DNA of 64,000 nt from Tubiluchus corallicola (lineage: Eukaryota; Animalia; Priapulida): contig JAQGDQ010000277.1 in NCBI GenBank assembly GCA_030141605.1, forward strand, positions 124,001 to 188,000, written 5' to 3'. Shown here one piece after another: positions 13,681-26,144 of this stretch. The first letter of the stretch is position 1. The number at the start of each line of letters is the position of its first letter. The position numbers were made by a program, and so were the translations under genes. The notes beneath the pieces were generated by a model. The model did no database searches and was not told where the DNA came from. It saw nothing but the letters and a program-made list of their open reading frames with translations.

Positions 13681-15189
13681 GTGGGAATAATGTTAATATA
13701 GTGGTGATATTTATTAAAGTTTTAATTATTCATATTTAAGCTTAGTAATCGAGTATGTTAGTGTAAAACATTATAAGGACTGCAAAATAAAGTAAGCGTC
13801 AAAATAAGCAAAAAAGTTAATGCAACTTTCATTCACGCTGTATTTATTAAATACTCCTTCGTATTGTATCAATTTTATTAGTTACACCTATTTAGTTTAC
13901 TAGCGTTTATTGTCTTGTTACTAAAATAAAAATGATTTGTACAATTTTACAAAATCAATATTATGCGTTTCTTGAATGTATATTATTAATAGGTTCATAC
14001 AATGACATTTTCAAGATGTCCCTTACCAAAGTTCAAAAATATAGTATGCTCTTTTATAGCTTTCGTGTGCCGGGCGTGCTAGCTAATAGCATAGATAAGA
14101 CAGACGATAGCTTTCAAGCGAACCATCCTTGCTTGCGATTGTTATTGGTGTGCTGAATTGTGCTGCCGTCTGCCAGCATAAAAATACAACTATGAAATAA
14201 CATCTAGACACGTCCGAAGTGAACTGAGAAAAGTATTTCATGATTATGAATGACATTCACGATCAAATTTTGTAACTTTAGTATTAGCAACACCTACAAA
14301 TGCAAAAAATAATTAGCAGAAGAAGGCAGACGCTAAGAAAGACTTGGAATGGCAAGAACGTGAATTAATTTATGAGTGATTAAGACACGCTATCACAAAG
14401 AGTGTTCATCAGCGCTTACAAATTACTTACACAGTTCAATGTAGTTAGTGTCGTGAGTTTATGTAACACATACAGCTTTTATTTGATCATCTGATGCTAA
14501 AAACATAAAGAAAGTTACAAGAACTTTCCGCTCTCATGTAGCTGTGACGACGTTATTTGTTGAAAAAGTCAAATGACGCCGGTGCTGCCACAGTGTAAGA
14601 AAAATATTTACTAATGTGCGGCATGCAGCTTCATTGAGGAGATTTTGGCTTTACAATAATGCATAAAGCGTAAACCCTGCGAAAATTCACGAGTCTAACT
14701 CAGGTAGTGTGGAGAAATTTCAATATCAACACCGTAGATGGCGCTACCAGGTCAGCTGAGAAGCAAATTTGTTCATTAATTTTACTGGGTTGCTTCTAAT
14801 GAATGACTGAATGAATGAACGAAAGAATGAATGAATGACCGGACAGATGAGGGAATTATGCCCATGGTCATTGGCAGTCCCTTTAAAATAGATCTCAATC
14901 TAGGCTATCAGTTTGTCGGTAATTTTCTCACCTATTGTGGGTGTTATTAAACTTATTAATTTCTTGTTCACTGTTAAATGTGCGCAAACTGTAATCATAA
15001 CATGTTGCGATTTTAAAAAATAATAATAAACTAGAAAAACTAAACTAGAAATCCGCATTACTGAAAGACTGAGGCGACCTCTTTAATGCGTTAACCAACA
15101 ATGGTGTTACTATCATCATCTTTGTTGTCGTTATCATCTTCTTTATCACCGTCAATAGCAGTGACAATGATGAAAAAAATCAACAGCAG

Positions 15190-15450
15190 AAACAGCAAAA
15201 CAAACAAGCAAGCATCAAGCAAGGAAATAAGCAGAGAAACAAATAAATAAAAAAAAGAACGCACGAACGAGCGAACTAACGAACGAATGAACGAACAAAC
15301 GAACGAACACATGCACGAACGAATGAATGAACAAACGGACGAACGAAAAAACGAACGAACAAACGAACAAGCGAGAGAGCGAACGAACGAATGGACAAAC
15401 GAACAAACAAACAAACAAGCAAGCAAATAAACGAAGAAACAAACAAGCAG
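15190..15450. repeat. (AACG/AATG/AACA)n tetranucleotide low-complexity repeat
   Basis: Direct inspection; explains the spurious ORFs 15091-15549 and 15215-15442. Confidence 0.9.
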
Positions 15451-17559
15451 ACAGACTACAGTATCGCCTTCAACATTATCCTTAGCGACAACGACATCAA
15501 CAGAACAATTCCAAACAATTGTTGGACTTAGTTTGCAATTTGCAAACAAAAGCTTTGAAAAACATTGCTAAATACACGGATTAAACTGAACTAAACTTAG
15601 CAATCAATAATGCATGAACGTTCCACGCTATGTTTTGTCTTCTTTACTCATTTGACGATGATAATTGGTCAAAAGATATTACTTATGTATACGAGAGCAT
15701 TATAGCTTCCTTTGTTATAATACAGAACTACAGATGGCAATGCACGTTCGTTTTTTTATTCATTCACTCGACATTATTTTAATTTGTTCATTTGCTCGCT
15801 CGTTTGTTGCTTTCCCACCCATATTTCCACTGCCCACAATATAAGTTTTTTTCTCATAGGCATTGTAAAATCGCCAAATAGGCTCAGGTCACCTTGCGCT
15901 CGACAAAGGGAGGTGCTACGCAAAAGATGGGGTAAAAATGGCCACGTGCAAGCAATAAACAAGTCAATTTTCGACGTTACAAGGCGTAATTCTGCAAGTC
16001 AAAAGCAACGTGGCTTCGGTACATCAGCTATTGTGCCAAGAAGCCATTAAGTTGCCTGTTATTGAATAGAAATTATCGTTCAAACTGGCGAATTTTCACC
16101 AAGCTTGTATGGCCGCATTGTCCGCTTTCATGCAAGCAACAGTAACTATCCTATAATTCCCATTACTGCACTGTTTTCGTCACCGCAATCACGTTATACC
16201 TTCCTCAGTCTCCGTGTATTCATGTTATGGGGTCTCTATACATTCACTCTATCGTTGTTGTCATTAAATCGAGTCTATTATCATCGTCAAAATGTGTGCG
16301 TACCCTATTTAAATTTCACAGGTTTCGGCGAATATCTATTGTTGTGGTTTATGTTCGTCTTTATTAGCTGGTATTGTTCGGGATCTGGGCAAACAAACGG
16401 CAGCTATTGTCAAGGGAAGGTGGCTGGCACCCGTGCGCCGTATTTAAAATTCATCTGTTAGATTTACTGATCAGATAATATTATGTCACACGGGCGTATT
16501 AATGTCCGTATAAAACTCATTACCCGCGGCCGGAAGTGGCGGCGGATGCAATAAGATCAACCAATATCTGCTTCCCTCGTAATAAGTCTTAATTTTGGCA
16601 TTATATCCGTCTCCCGGTTCTGATTTAAGCACGTGCGCGGCTAGAATAATTAAATACGTAAAACCTATTGGCTTTTACTGAGCTGAGCTGAATTGGAGTT
16701 ATTCATGTGCAGTCATTAAAAACATACAAAAAGTATAGAGTGATATCATTAAGAAGGCATTCGATGGTACCTAGGCAAAAAGGTATCCTAAGTACCAAGG
16801 ATAACGCAGGACGAGAAAGTAAAACAATCATACTAATTTTTACAAAATTAACAATGCTAAAACTACATGGTATTTTTTATGTTTTCAAAATTCATTTCGT
16901 GTTGCATAAACTATACAGCACCATTGAAGGCGGAGGGTATAGTTAAAGGCCCTATATGACCGCAACAAACATTGAAGATTTTTTAACACATTATTATGAT
17001 TACACAAAGAATTCATAGTTATTATTAAAAAAAGAGATTTGTAAATTAAATAACTTACCTTTTTCTGGCGAATTTCGAACGCGTGCACTGTGGTGAAGAT
17101 CGTCATGTTTTGTGTCTCTGGAGCAACTAAGCGAGATGTACGAGGTACAGAAAGCGTTTTTGGTAACCTATGTTTGTTTACTGATCTTTGATGACCTCGT
17201 GACTGTACTCATAACGTTATTCGTCTCACACAACGAAAAATCGCGGTTCTTCAAATTTAAATTATTTAATAACGAAGTAATCAAATATCAAAAGAAACAA
17301 GTTTTGCAGTAAGTTTACAATTAAATAAATTGAATATTCGTAACGAGAGGATTTTAAGTTGTAAAAGCTTATATTATAGTTTAGTTTAACTTTAAGCAAT
17401 TTTACTTTATATCTGCCTCGAAAGTTAAGTAGCATAGAGAATAGATAACTAATAGATGGGAAGACTATTCTTGCGGGATTTCATCTGAAAATGCATGTGC
17501 TGTATTAGATTTTTATTATTTTTTTCGCAAATATTACAAAATATGAGATAATCTACTTG

Positions 17560-18130
17560 CGATTAGATTAGATTAGAAATAGATTAGATTACCAATTTAA
17601 TTCAGCACAAGCCAAGAAACATACAATTAAGATATTTATGATAACTAAAACTACAGTAAAAATAATACTGAAATTACTATGCACAAAAATATGAATGAAC
17701 ATATTTAAATATTCTATCATATCACGTAGTTAAAACAGCATTCTACATTTAAAAAACGATTTGAAATAAATGTCAGAAGTCATGAAGTAATGCAAAATTT
17801 ATTTTGGGAACATAAAATTACAGTTCGTCTTAGAACACACAACGATATTTTCTTATTTACTAAAGAATGTCTCATTTGAACTTGGTTTATTTTTTGCGTG
17901 CATGCATATGGGCTAGGTATTAGAAGTCCAAATCTGGATGCCCAACTTTGTGATTTTCAATTACGCTTAAAGTATTTCATTGTGTTACCATCATCAAATT
18001 ATTGACCTGTTCTGGATTCCTTGCTAAACGTCAAGGTATTACCAGAATCTCACGTTTGAATTTACAAAATGAAGCACTTTAAAAGAGTTTCATTTTTCTG
18101 AAATACATTCTCCTACAGCATCTCAGTCAT
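17560..18130 (-). mobile_element. degraded LINE (CR1/L2-like) 3' fragment
   Basis: (TCTAA)n-like tail at ~17560-17590 on the minus strand and a degenerate GIQIWTS-like peptide near 17920-17942, resembling the post-RT region of CR1/L2 elements. No intact ORF. Confidence 0.35.
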
Positions 18131-19081
18131 GCAGTATTGATTAGCCAAGTTTCCTCTGAGCGCAAATGACTCAGTCGCTGACAAGCCGGTTCAGTTTCTC
18201 ACCTGAATCTCTTAATTTAAGACGTCATGCTACGAAGCCAGTAAATTATTAACGGCGTCCAATAAAGGGCAACCGTAACATTTATTGGCCGCCCTATTCG
18301 CGTCGCGTACGCCATGGCTTAGCGCTGTCCCGCGGAGAGCCTGAAAGATACCAGGATATTCATCCATCATGGTTAAGAAAACGTTGGCAATAAATTCTGT
18401 CTTATTTTTGAGCTATTGATCTTAGCTGTTAATCCCACGGTGGTTTCAGAAGCTTGGGCAGCTTGGACTGAGCAGACGAAGTCGTACGGTTGTTTTATCT
18501 AATTATTGATTGAAATGAAGTACTGATTAGTATTGGTTTGTTATTTAATGTTCTGCATAATTTCAGAAAAGCCAAGATCAAGATAAACATGAAACTCTCA
18601 TGAGCCGAAACGTTTAATTTGATTACAAAGTATTTGGGTGATCAATGTCAAAATTTAAGCTGCATCATTGATTGATTAACGCATGAGTTATAATGATGTA
18701 AGTATCAGTATCCAGTGTGTAATTATAAGTAGTGACAGGCTGCACGTGGGCTGGCGTTAATTTTTTACGTGGACTATTAAAAAAAGCGTATAACAAGCCA
18801 TAAAATTCGATTTACGTGTATAATTTCAGCTACATCGAATGACTGAAATCCTTTTCAGAATTAACATTACAAATACGTAGTAAGTGGTGTGTATGTAATC
18901 TAATTAAATTATATAACACAGGGCGAAAAGTTTATTGTGTAATATTGATGAAGGCAATGTAATACACTTGCGGAAATTGTGGGAAACATAGTGGAAAAAA
19001 TTTATAGATTTATTTTAATTATAATTTGTAGAAACTATGTTTAAATTATAAATTGATCAGAGTCTCAAAATAGATTATTTT

Positions 19082-19189
19082 TTCAGAAGCTTTCGCCCTA
19101 ACTGATTTCTGAACAGACTTGAGCTGCTAACCCGAGAGGAGGTTAACAGCACGAGTCTATTCAGCTGATGACGTCCTTTAGGGTGAAAG
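19082..19189. mobile_element. short foldback element with split minimal hammerhead motif
   Basis: 19109-19132 pairs with 19141-19164, and 19090-19101 pairs with 19178-19189. The right arm has TTCAG-CTGATGA-cgtcctttagggt-GAAAG; the left arm on the minus strand has ttagggc-GAAAGCTT-CTGAA. Confidence 0.55.
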
Positions 19190-20493
19190 TTAATTTTGGG
19201 ATTATAGAAAGACATTCAACGTTTCATTCGTGTTATTAAAGATGAAATGTCTCAGGAGAGCACATTCACATTAAAGTCTTATAGACTGATCAGAATTAAA
19301 AAATTAAAAAATTAAATTACTAAATTTATTACTGAAGTTTTGTCATTTTGCGAACTTGTCGCGAAACACAAAAAGGCAGTTATATAGGCTGCGATATGTT
19401 GACAAGAAGTTGTTAGATTTACGCATGAACTAAGAAATCTTAGCAAATCGTTTTCAATTGTTTCAAACGTTTTGGGTGAAAAATTAATTGTTATAATTTT
19501 AATTAAAAATGGATTAAATTAGCAAAAAGAGAAAAATATTTCAACTGCCTTTCCTCTTTTAATTGTTTCTAAATCATGATGAAATTAGAAAATATTAAAC
19601 CATCCTAACTTAAAACTTAAATTCAAGGGCTACAAACATTGTAATGAGTAACAAATAGTGTGCTAGAGAAGATTCAATAGCAGAACACTTGTCTAAGGAG
19701 CGTGCAAGAGATAATGGAAAACATTATTAGCTGTTACAGCTTCCTTACATGATCAAATTTACTACATACCATGGTCATGATTAAGAGGGACGGTTAGGCT
19801 CTTACAGATCATCAGCAAACAAGTTGTTAATTGAAAGTGATCTACATACGGTAATTATCGGAAAGCGAATGCTATACCTCGTCTGAAGTGTTTTAGGTCT
19901 ACATTGTACATATGGGTTACATAAATTCCGAACAAAAGACGTCGGTGTTATAGAAATAAAAAACAAAGACCAAACATGCGTCAGAAAATATTGATCAAAA
20001 TATATACATAATAAGAAATCTAACTATAAAATACGATAAAAATTTCATTGATAACAAATATAGCTCAGTATAACTCATCACTCAAATATAAATAAGATTC
20101 TCAATAATTAACTGATATAAAACATATTCAGTCGTTGTTCCATAATGAACTTTTTAACTACTAAATGACTATCAAACGATACCAAGGTCAAATGTAATTA
20201 TCTTATAACTGTTATATGCAAACCGCGGGGTTTATTCATTCTGCCTTATCGCAACTCATTATCTAGAAATTCAAACATTTAATGTACAATTAACCGGATT
20301 TAATATTTATTTTAAATTTTTTGTGCGTTGTAGTTGATAAATGGCCATGATAAAGTGCATAATAAAGTGTTACTTCGTCTGTCACAGTGGTTATAATTCT
20401 TGCGTTCAAAAAGTAAAATGCATTTTGGACGAGTGGGTTCGATTTTTTTCTAAACGTAACGGTCCATTATAATATTATCTTTTGGCTTTGTCG

Positions 20494-23400
20494 TTACAGT
20501 TCCACACGTCGGTTTTTAGTAACTGGTTGAGAATTCTCTTCGTGACCTGAAATCTTGTCTTCAGCAATATTAACATTAACGCGGCATGAGACGTTTTTAA
20601 GAACTTGACTGAACGTCCTGACATCATTCAAGGTGCACCGACATTTTTGATCATGAGACAATAAGTTTTCCACTTCTTTAATGACTTCAGCTAGGGTCCT
20701 GAAAGTGCAACAGGTTAATAAAATCAGTATACAAGTATAGCATAAAATTGTATACAAGTCCTTTGCATACAGTGCAATTGATTATCTTGAAATAGTTAGG
20801 CCTATGCAAAATGGGTTAATGTTGGACAATGTCCTATATCTTCATTTTATATGTGGCATATGTTACCTGTTGCATATGTTATGTATTGCATGTGTTATAT
20901 GTTACTTGACAATGTATGTGTTACATGTTTCAATTCGTTATTGCAATAATTAAAATCACAGTTTAGTTAATTGATGACCGTCCTGTATACAGGCTCCTCT
21001 GTTTTTTGTCTTTATTAGGACATGATTAATTCCTACTCTCCAGAGTATACGGTTGAGAGTAGAATTCAAGAGTAAAGCAGTTTGTTATAGAGGATGATTT
21101 TGGAAAGAGTTTAGTTCAGTTCGCATTTTAACCATGACATTTTCAAAATTCGCTTTCTGCATAGTCTCTGCCATATAAAGTAAAAACCTGCCATTTCTCT
21201 TGTATCACTTTTATAGCAAAACAAACCACACACGCCTCGCGCAGGGCCTTATTTCATCTCTTAATTTTGCGAACGTTTATTACTAAGTAATGTGATTTAT
21301 GCTGCGTCTAAGTCAACATGTATTTTACAGACTGTACCTCTTGTAGCAACTTTTGCAGCTCCTTTTCTTATGAATGTTTCATTGTACAGTAATTTAACGT
21401 TTGTGCTGAGGGTTGAAATGGCACTGGTGTTTTTCTAAAAGGGAAGAAAAGGCAATTTTAAAATATATCCCAAAGAATTTTGCCTACGAAGTTATGTTAC
21501 TTAGCACCACACTTATCTGTTTGAAAGACTTATGTAATTAAAAAATGACCATGCAATTAGAAAATAAAATTCTTAATAATTTAAAATGCAAAAGGGCACT
21601 GCATCGCCATCCCACTGTGTACCACTGATTCACCAAAAAAGAACATTATTGACCTTATTGATAACATAAAGTAATTTAAACTTTTGCTTAGTTAGTGAAG
21701 AGTGAGCTACGAATGCTCTGATTACTTTTTCAAACTTTACGCAATGTTATCTGAACTTGTTTCAAACGAGTAACCGTTGAAATGGCTGTGCCTAACAGAC
21801 ATTGCTGGAGTTTAAATTTTCAAGTGTTATACAGGATTGCTGTTAATGTCGCGAAGTTCGTGCCGTAATTACTTCGCGATTGAAGACCTTAACAAAAATT
21901 CAAACTTGATTTGACTTGTGGTATCTAAGAACTTTAATACACCTGTTATTAATTTCCCGTTTAATTAAATATTACTTCGTTTTTGTCCTGTGCTTTTTTC
22001 TCTTTCATTATCAATCATTTCTTTGTCACTTCTGAGGCTTATTATAACAATGAAATAGTTTAAATTTTCCTGCCTGTAATGTTACTGTACTTATTTGCTT
22101 CATTAAGGACCTTTGTACATTAGCAGTGTTCTAGTATGTAAGTTGTGTAAGACCAGTAGTTGTAGGTGAGAAAGGCTACTTGTTTAGTACAGTTGCATAA
22201 TTTAGTTGGCCCCGAGTCGTTGTTATTAATATTATTTGATTCTATGGTTGTACAGACATAATGTGTCTTTTTCTAAGGTGAAAGTTTTATTGTTTGTGCC
22301 TGTGGTTATGTTTTTGGTGTGGATTTGAACTGTTTCTTATTTGCATCTTTTCAGTCCATCATATAAGTATTGCTTGATATTTGGTGTCATCTTGAAGTAA
22401 CAACTATTGCTTAATCCTTTTAGTGATTAATTCTACCAGTGTAAAGGTACTTGTTCGAAATTTATATTTACGTGAAATATTGATTGATCCTAACAGTTTT
22501 CTAGTCGTAATATTTCATGTTTTCTGTAACTGTGATATTTTAACTTGTTATTTTCTCGCCAAACTTTACCTTTTTGTTATGCTTTGAAGTGTTTAATGTT
22601 AATATAAGGCATATGTGATAATTTATTTTCTTTGTTTTTATTTTTATACAATTAATGCCAGTAACAATTCAACATGAAAACCTACAACTTAGGACCGGGA
22701 AGTAAACTATAACATAGTTCATTGTTCATTAAAAGCTAACAGGCTTAATATTTGTGGGTAAGTATTGTCTTGGTGCTTGCTCTCCCCCCACCCCACCCCA
22801 CCCCACCCGAAGTTGTTTCCTTTACTGTAGTTTTCGTTGAGCCTTTTGTCTCAGACACTATCCCGCAAACTCATTAGGATATCTTCTTTGATACATTTAT
22901 CACAAAACAATAACAGTAACTAATGCTTGTCCACAGTTGACGCAGCCCTGTATGCAATAAGACGAGCCGAATATTTTAGCTATATTTTTGAAGAGCGTTT
23001 TCTTGTGCTTTAAGCAAACGTTTTACTAAGGCCTGTGTAATTAAATGTATTCTAAAGAAAACATAAGAGCCATCTTACTTGCAGTCTTTCTCCGATAAAG
23101 ATTTGCCGAAAGTCATCCAGTTAATTTTAGACAATTTTAATGCCTCATTTTTTAATTTCTCTTGCCTGTGATACGACATGCAGTCCCTTGCACCTTGAAC
23201 TAAAATGAATTTTACCAAATCATTGTTTTTTCTTTTAGACATCCTATAAACTAGCACACAAATACCATGTATTTGAGTCACAAAACGGTGGAACCACTGG
23301 AAGTAGTTTTGCAGAATAATTCTATCGGGTGCCGCAGAAAAAAGTGCCGAAGTTTAGACTGTAATAAGATCAGAAAGAATTGCCTAACAAAGCTGAAATT

Positions 23401-26144
23401 TCACAACGTGATGTTACGATGCATTCGCTTTTGGCTGTGAAAATTACATATTTTTAGTTTTCGTGGTTTTTAACTTATAACCGAAAAGTTTTTGCACTTT
23501 TGCAGTCAGAAAGATAAATGCAGAAACAATGTCACCTAATCATCAATTGACAGACGTTCAAGTGATATAAAGCACTCAATACAAGGAGCAAAATAATAAA
23601 AGAATCAACCAGTTTACATGGTCATCAAAGAGAAAATAGTACTGATAAACATTTGTTGGCAAGAAAAAATGGAACTTAATCCTCTGGATTACGGTATTGG
23701 AATTCCCTGAAAGAGAAAGTGTACAATTGCTTCACAAGGATGTTTTTGATGCAGGGGAAAAGGCAAAAATTGTTGAGTGCTGTGATCAAACTGAGTGAAA
23801 GTGAGAAACTGCTCCAGATGTTAGCGGTAACGTCTTCTACTAGTTTGCAGTGAAAAGGGCGGGCACATATAGAACGCTTGCTGTACATTTTAGCACTAGT
23901 GACAGAAAGTTTTTTGCATCACTTATTGTTTTGACTTATTGGTTTAGAACTTCCGTATCTTTAAAACAATAAGAGAATGACTTAATTTTGGTGTGTCAAA
24001 AGCGTCTGTAACGTCAGTTACGGCAATTTTTAATTGATTCCGTTATTTTCTTCTTACAATATTTTGATTATAACCATTTTTGCGCCTTCTGATATAAATA
24101 AATATGTTTAATATAGCTGCTCGTAATAGGCCTCGTATAAGTTACTGATATATTCCAATTACAACTCTGCGATATTTAATTAGTGTAAATGACAAATTAA
24201 TTGCAGCTTATTAATTTGTAAGCCTAATAGAAATATTAACTACACGCCCAGCACAACTATGTGAAGATGTAAGTTCGTACATACTGTGCATATGCAAATA
24301 AATACAAATAGTTTAAATTACGTGTATGTGCACATCTCCAGAGCATCCCATTGTAGTCCACCTTTAAACTACTATAAAAGTTTTACAGCATCTTTGCACT
24401 GTATTCACACATATCAACAAGTTTTTACAAGTATTCACACAGTTGTTACGTTAAACTTCTAGCACAGTTTGCTTATCAGCAATAAAGATCTCCATGATAC
24501 TCATTTGTGTCATGTGTGGGTAGTTGCGAGAATTTGTAGAGCTATGTGAACACGTCGGAAAACGTTTAACAATATGTAGGCAGCCGTGTGGAAATGTGTT
24601 GCTCAGTTTGCTTTTATGTTTAAGAGTACCTGTATTATAAGAATGATCTGCAATACTCACATTTTCTATCATCTCGGAGACAATCTGGATCCATATGGCA
24701 TATAATTTCCCGCAGCTTATTTAAAATCGATAAATAAAACTTTAAATCATCAACAGTTGCTTCATGAATGACGTCACTCCACAGCTTTTTAACTGAAATG
24801 TCACGTAAACCAACCAAGGATTTGATTTTAGCATAGACAGCCTTAAAAACATCTTGCCAAACTTGCTTCTGTCTTGGTGCTGATAGCGACAAGTCATGGA
24901 AAAATTTGTCTTCGTTTCCGCATTTGGCTTGTTCAAGCGTTTCTTCTAAACAGGTTGAAAATGGCCCAATAACTTCCCTGCAAGACAATAATCAAGAGAC
25001 AGTTAAATTTTATAAATAAAATTACACTTAGCTGCTGAAAATACATTTAGACCTATGCACCATTATTACATTACTAGTACTATTACATTACTAGAACTAT
25101 TACATAATCCATTCAAAATTAGGTCGGTTGCCAGATTAAATCCATGGTAGCTTTACGCTAATTAATACAACTTTAGTTGAACGTGTGCCACAGTAACACA
25201 GTTAATTATATTTGAATGATTAGAGGGGAGTTACGACTAATAATTTTATTTGAACATTCTACTGTTTTACAGAAAGTTTGTTTGACACCATACTTTAACT
25301 TCAAAAATATTAATTATCCGTTCATTAGTGACTTATGAAATTTAATAAACGCAGAATTTTTTTACCCACAGACAGAGTGTAGCTCGTCCAGTGCAGCTTT
25401 TCTAGCAACAGAATTCGATATGCCAGTCGGATCCCATTGAAGAAGTCCGCGAAAAATGCCACTAAAATGTGCTGGCTGTGATTCGGTCAAAAACTTGGGG
25501 GCAAAAGAAATAATTTGCTCACATTCGCGTGAATATTTCGTTGATGCATCGAACTCACAAGCGTGCGTTGGAATGGTCAACACTGCAAGAAATTAAATCC
25601 ATCTGTCATTTATTACAGACTAGTTTTACTAGTGTTATTTTGGGCGCCATATTGGATATCGCTATTCAGATAGAGTTGAGACATCGACATCGAGACCCCC
25701 CACTAAAACCTCTGAAAAGACATAACGAGTGACTATATATAGTAGAATGTCCCAAAAAGGATGTCTCGTAGGAGGGGGGACGGCGACCTACACTGACATT
25801 GGCCTAAAATGGTCCCGGGTTCATGCTGATTATTATGGTACACAATATGACACACCCAGATTTTCATTTTTATAATATATAAATGGGTTTGACTACTAGC
25901 AATTAGCTTCCATAAATCAAATAATAAGTCTGCAGTACACAGGAGAAATTATGTGTCATTACTTAATACAAATACGAAAACAATGTGGGTTGTGCATCGT
26001 GAATAAATCTAAAAACGGAGAAGGGGAAGAAATCTAAAAGAATGAAGGCGAAGAAAAGTAAAGGTGAAGGAAGTGACTCTAATCTTTTTGTTACCTTCTA
26101 CTTTAATTACCTGACAAAACTATTGCGAATAAAATTCTCGCCAT
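20494..26144 (-). CDS. uncharacterised secretory-pathway protein gene (5 exons; possible premature stop or pseudogene)
   Basis: Exons 26144-26111, 25582-25366, 24977-24661, 23358-23079 and 20698-20494, all GT-AG with compatible phases (1,2,1,2). N-terminus MARILFAIVLSVLTIPTHA-CEFD is a classic signal peptide; C-terminus is ...KNRRVEL*. Exon 4 has an in-frame TAA at 23356-23354. No family recognised. Confidence 0.65.
23705..23860 (-). repeat. dispersed repeat, copy 1
   Basis: tttctcacttt...cagcactcaacaatttttgccttt...tgcatcaaa...gtacactttctctt is shared with 32500-32645 (+). Confidence 0.7.

Noticed and set aside
15091-15549. 152-aa hydrophobic ORF and overlapping 75-aa ORF
   Set aside because: Produced by the (AACG/AATG)n low-complexity repeat.
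18320-18345. RE1/NRSE-like half site AGCGCTGTCC
   Set aside because: The second half-site is poor and wrongly spaced, and REST is largely chordate-associated, whereas hbn points to a non-chordate.
23676-23958. Possible selenocysteine (TGA-TGC) exon of the orphan gene
   Set aside because: The downstream ORF lies in a dispersed repeat also found at 32500-32645, and no SECIS-like structure was recognised.
24451-24629. ORF continuing the orphan gene after a 31-nt intron
   Set aside because: The intron would be implausibly short compared with other introns in this window, and the peptide has no supporting features.
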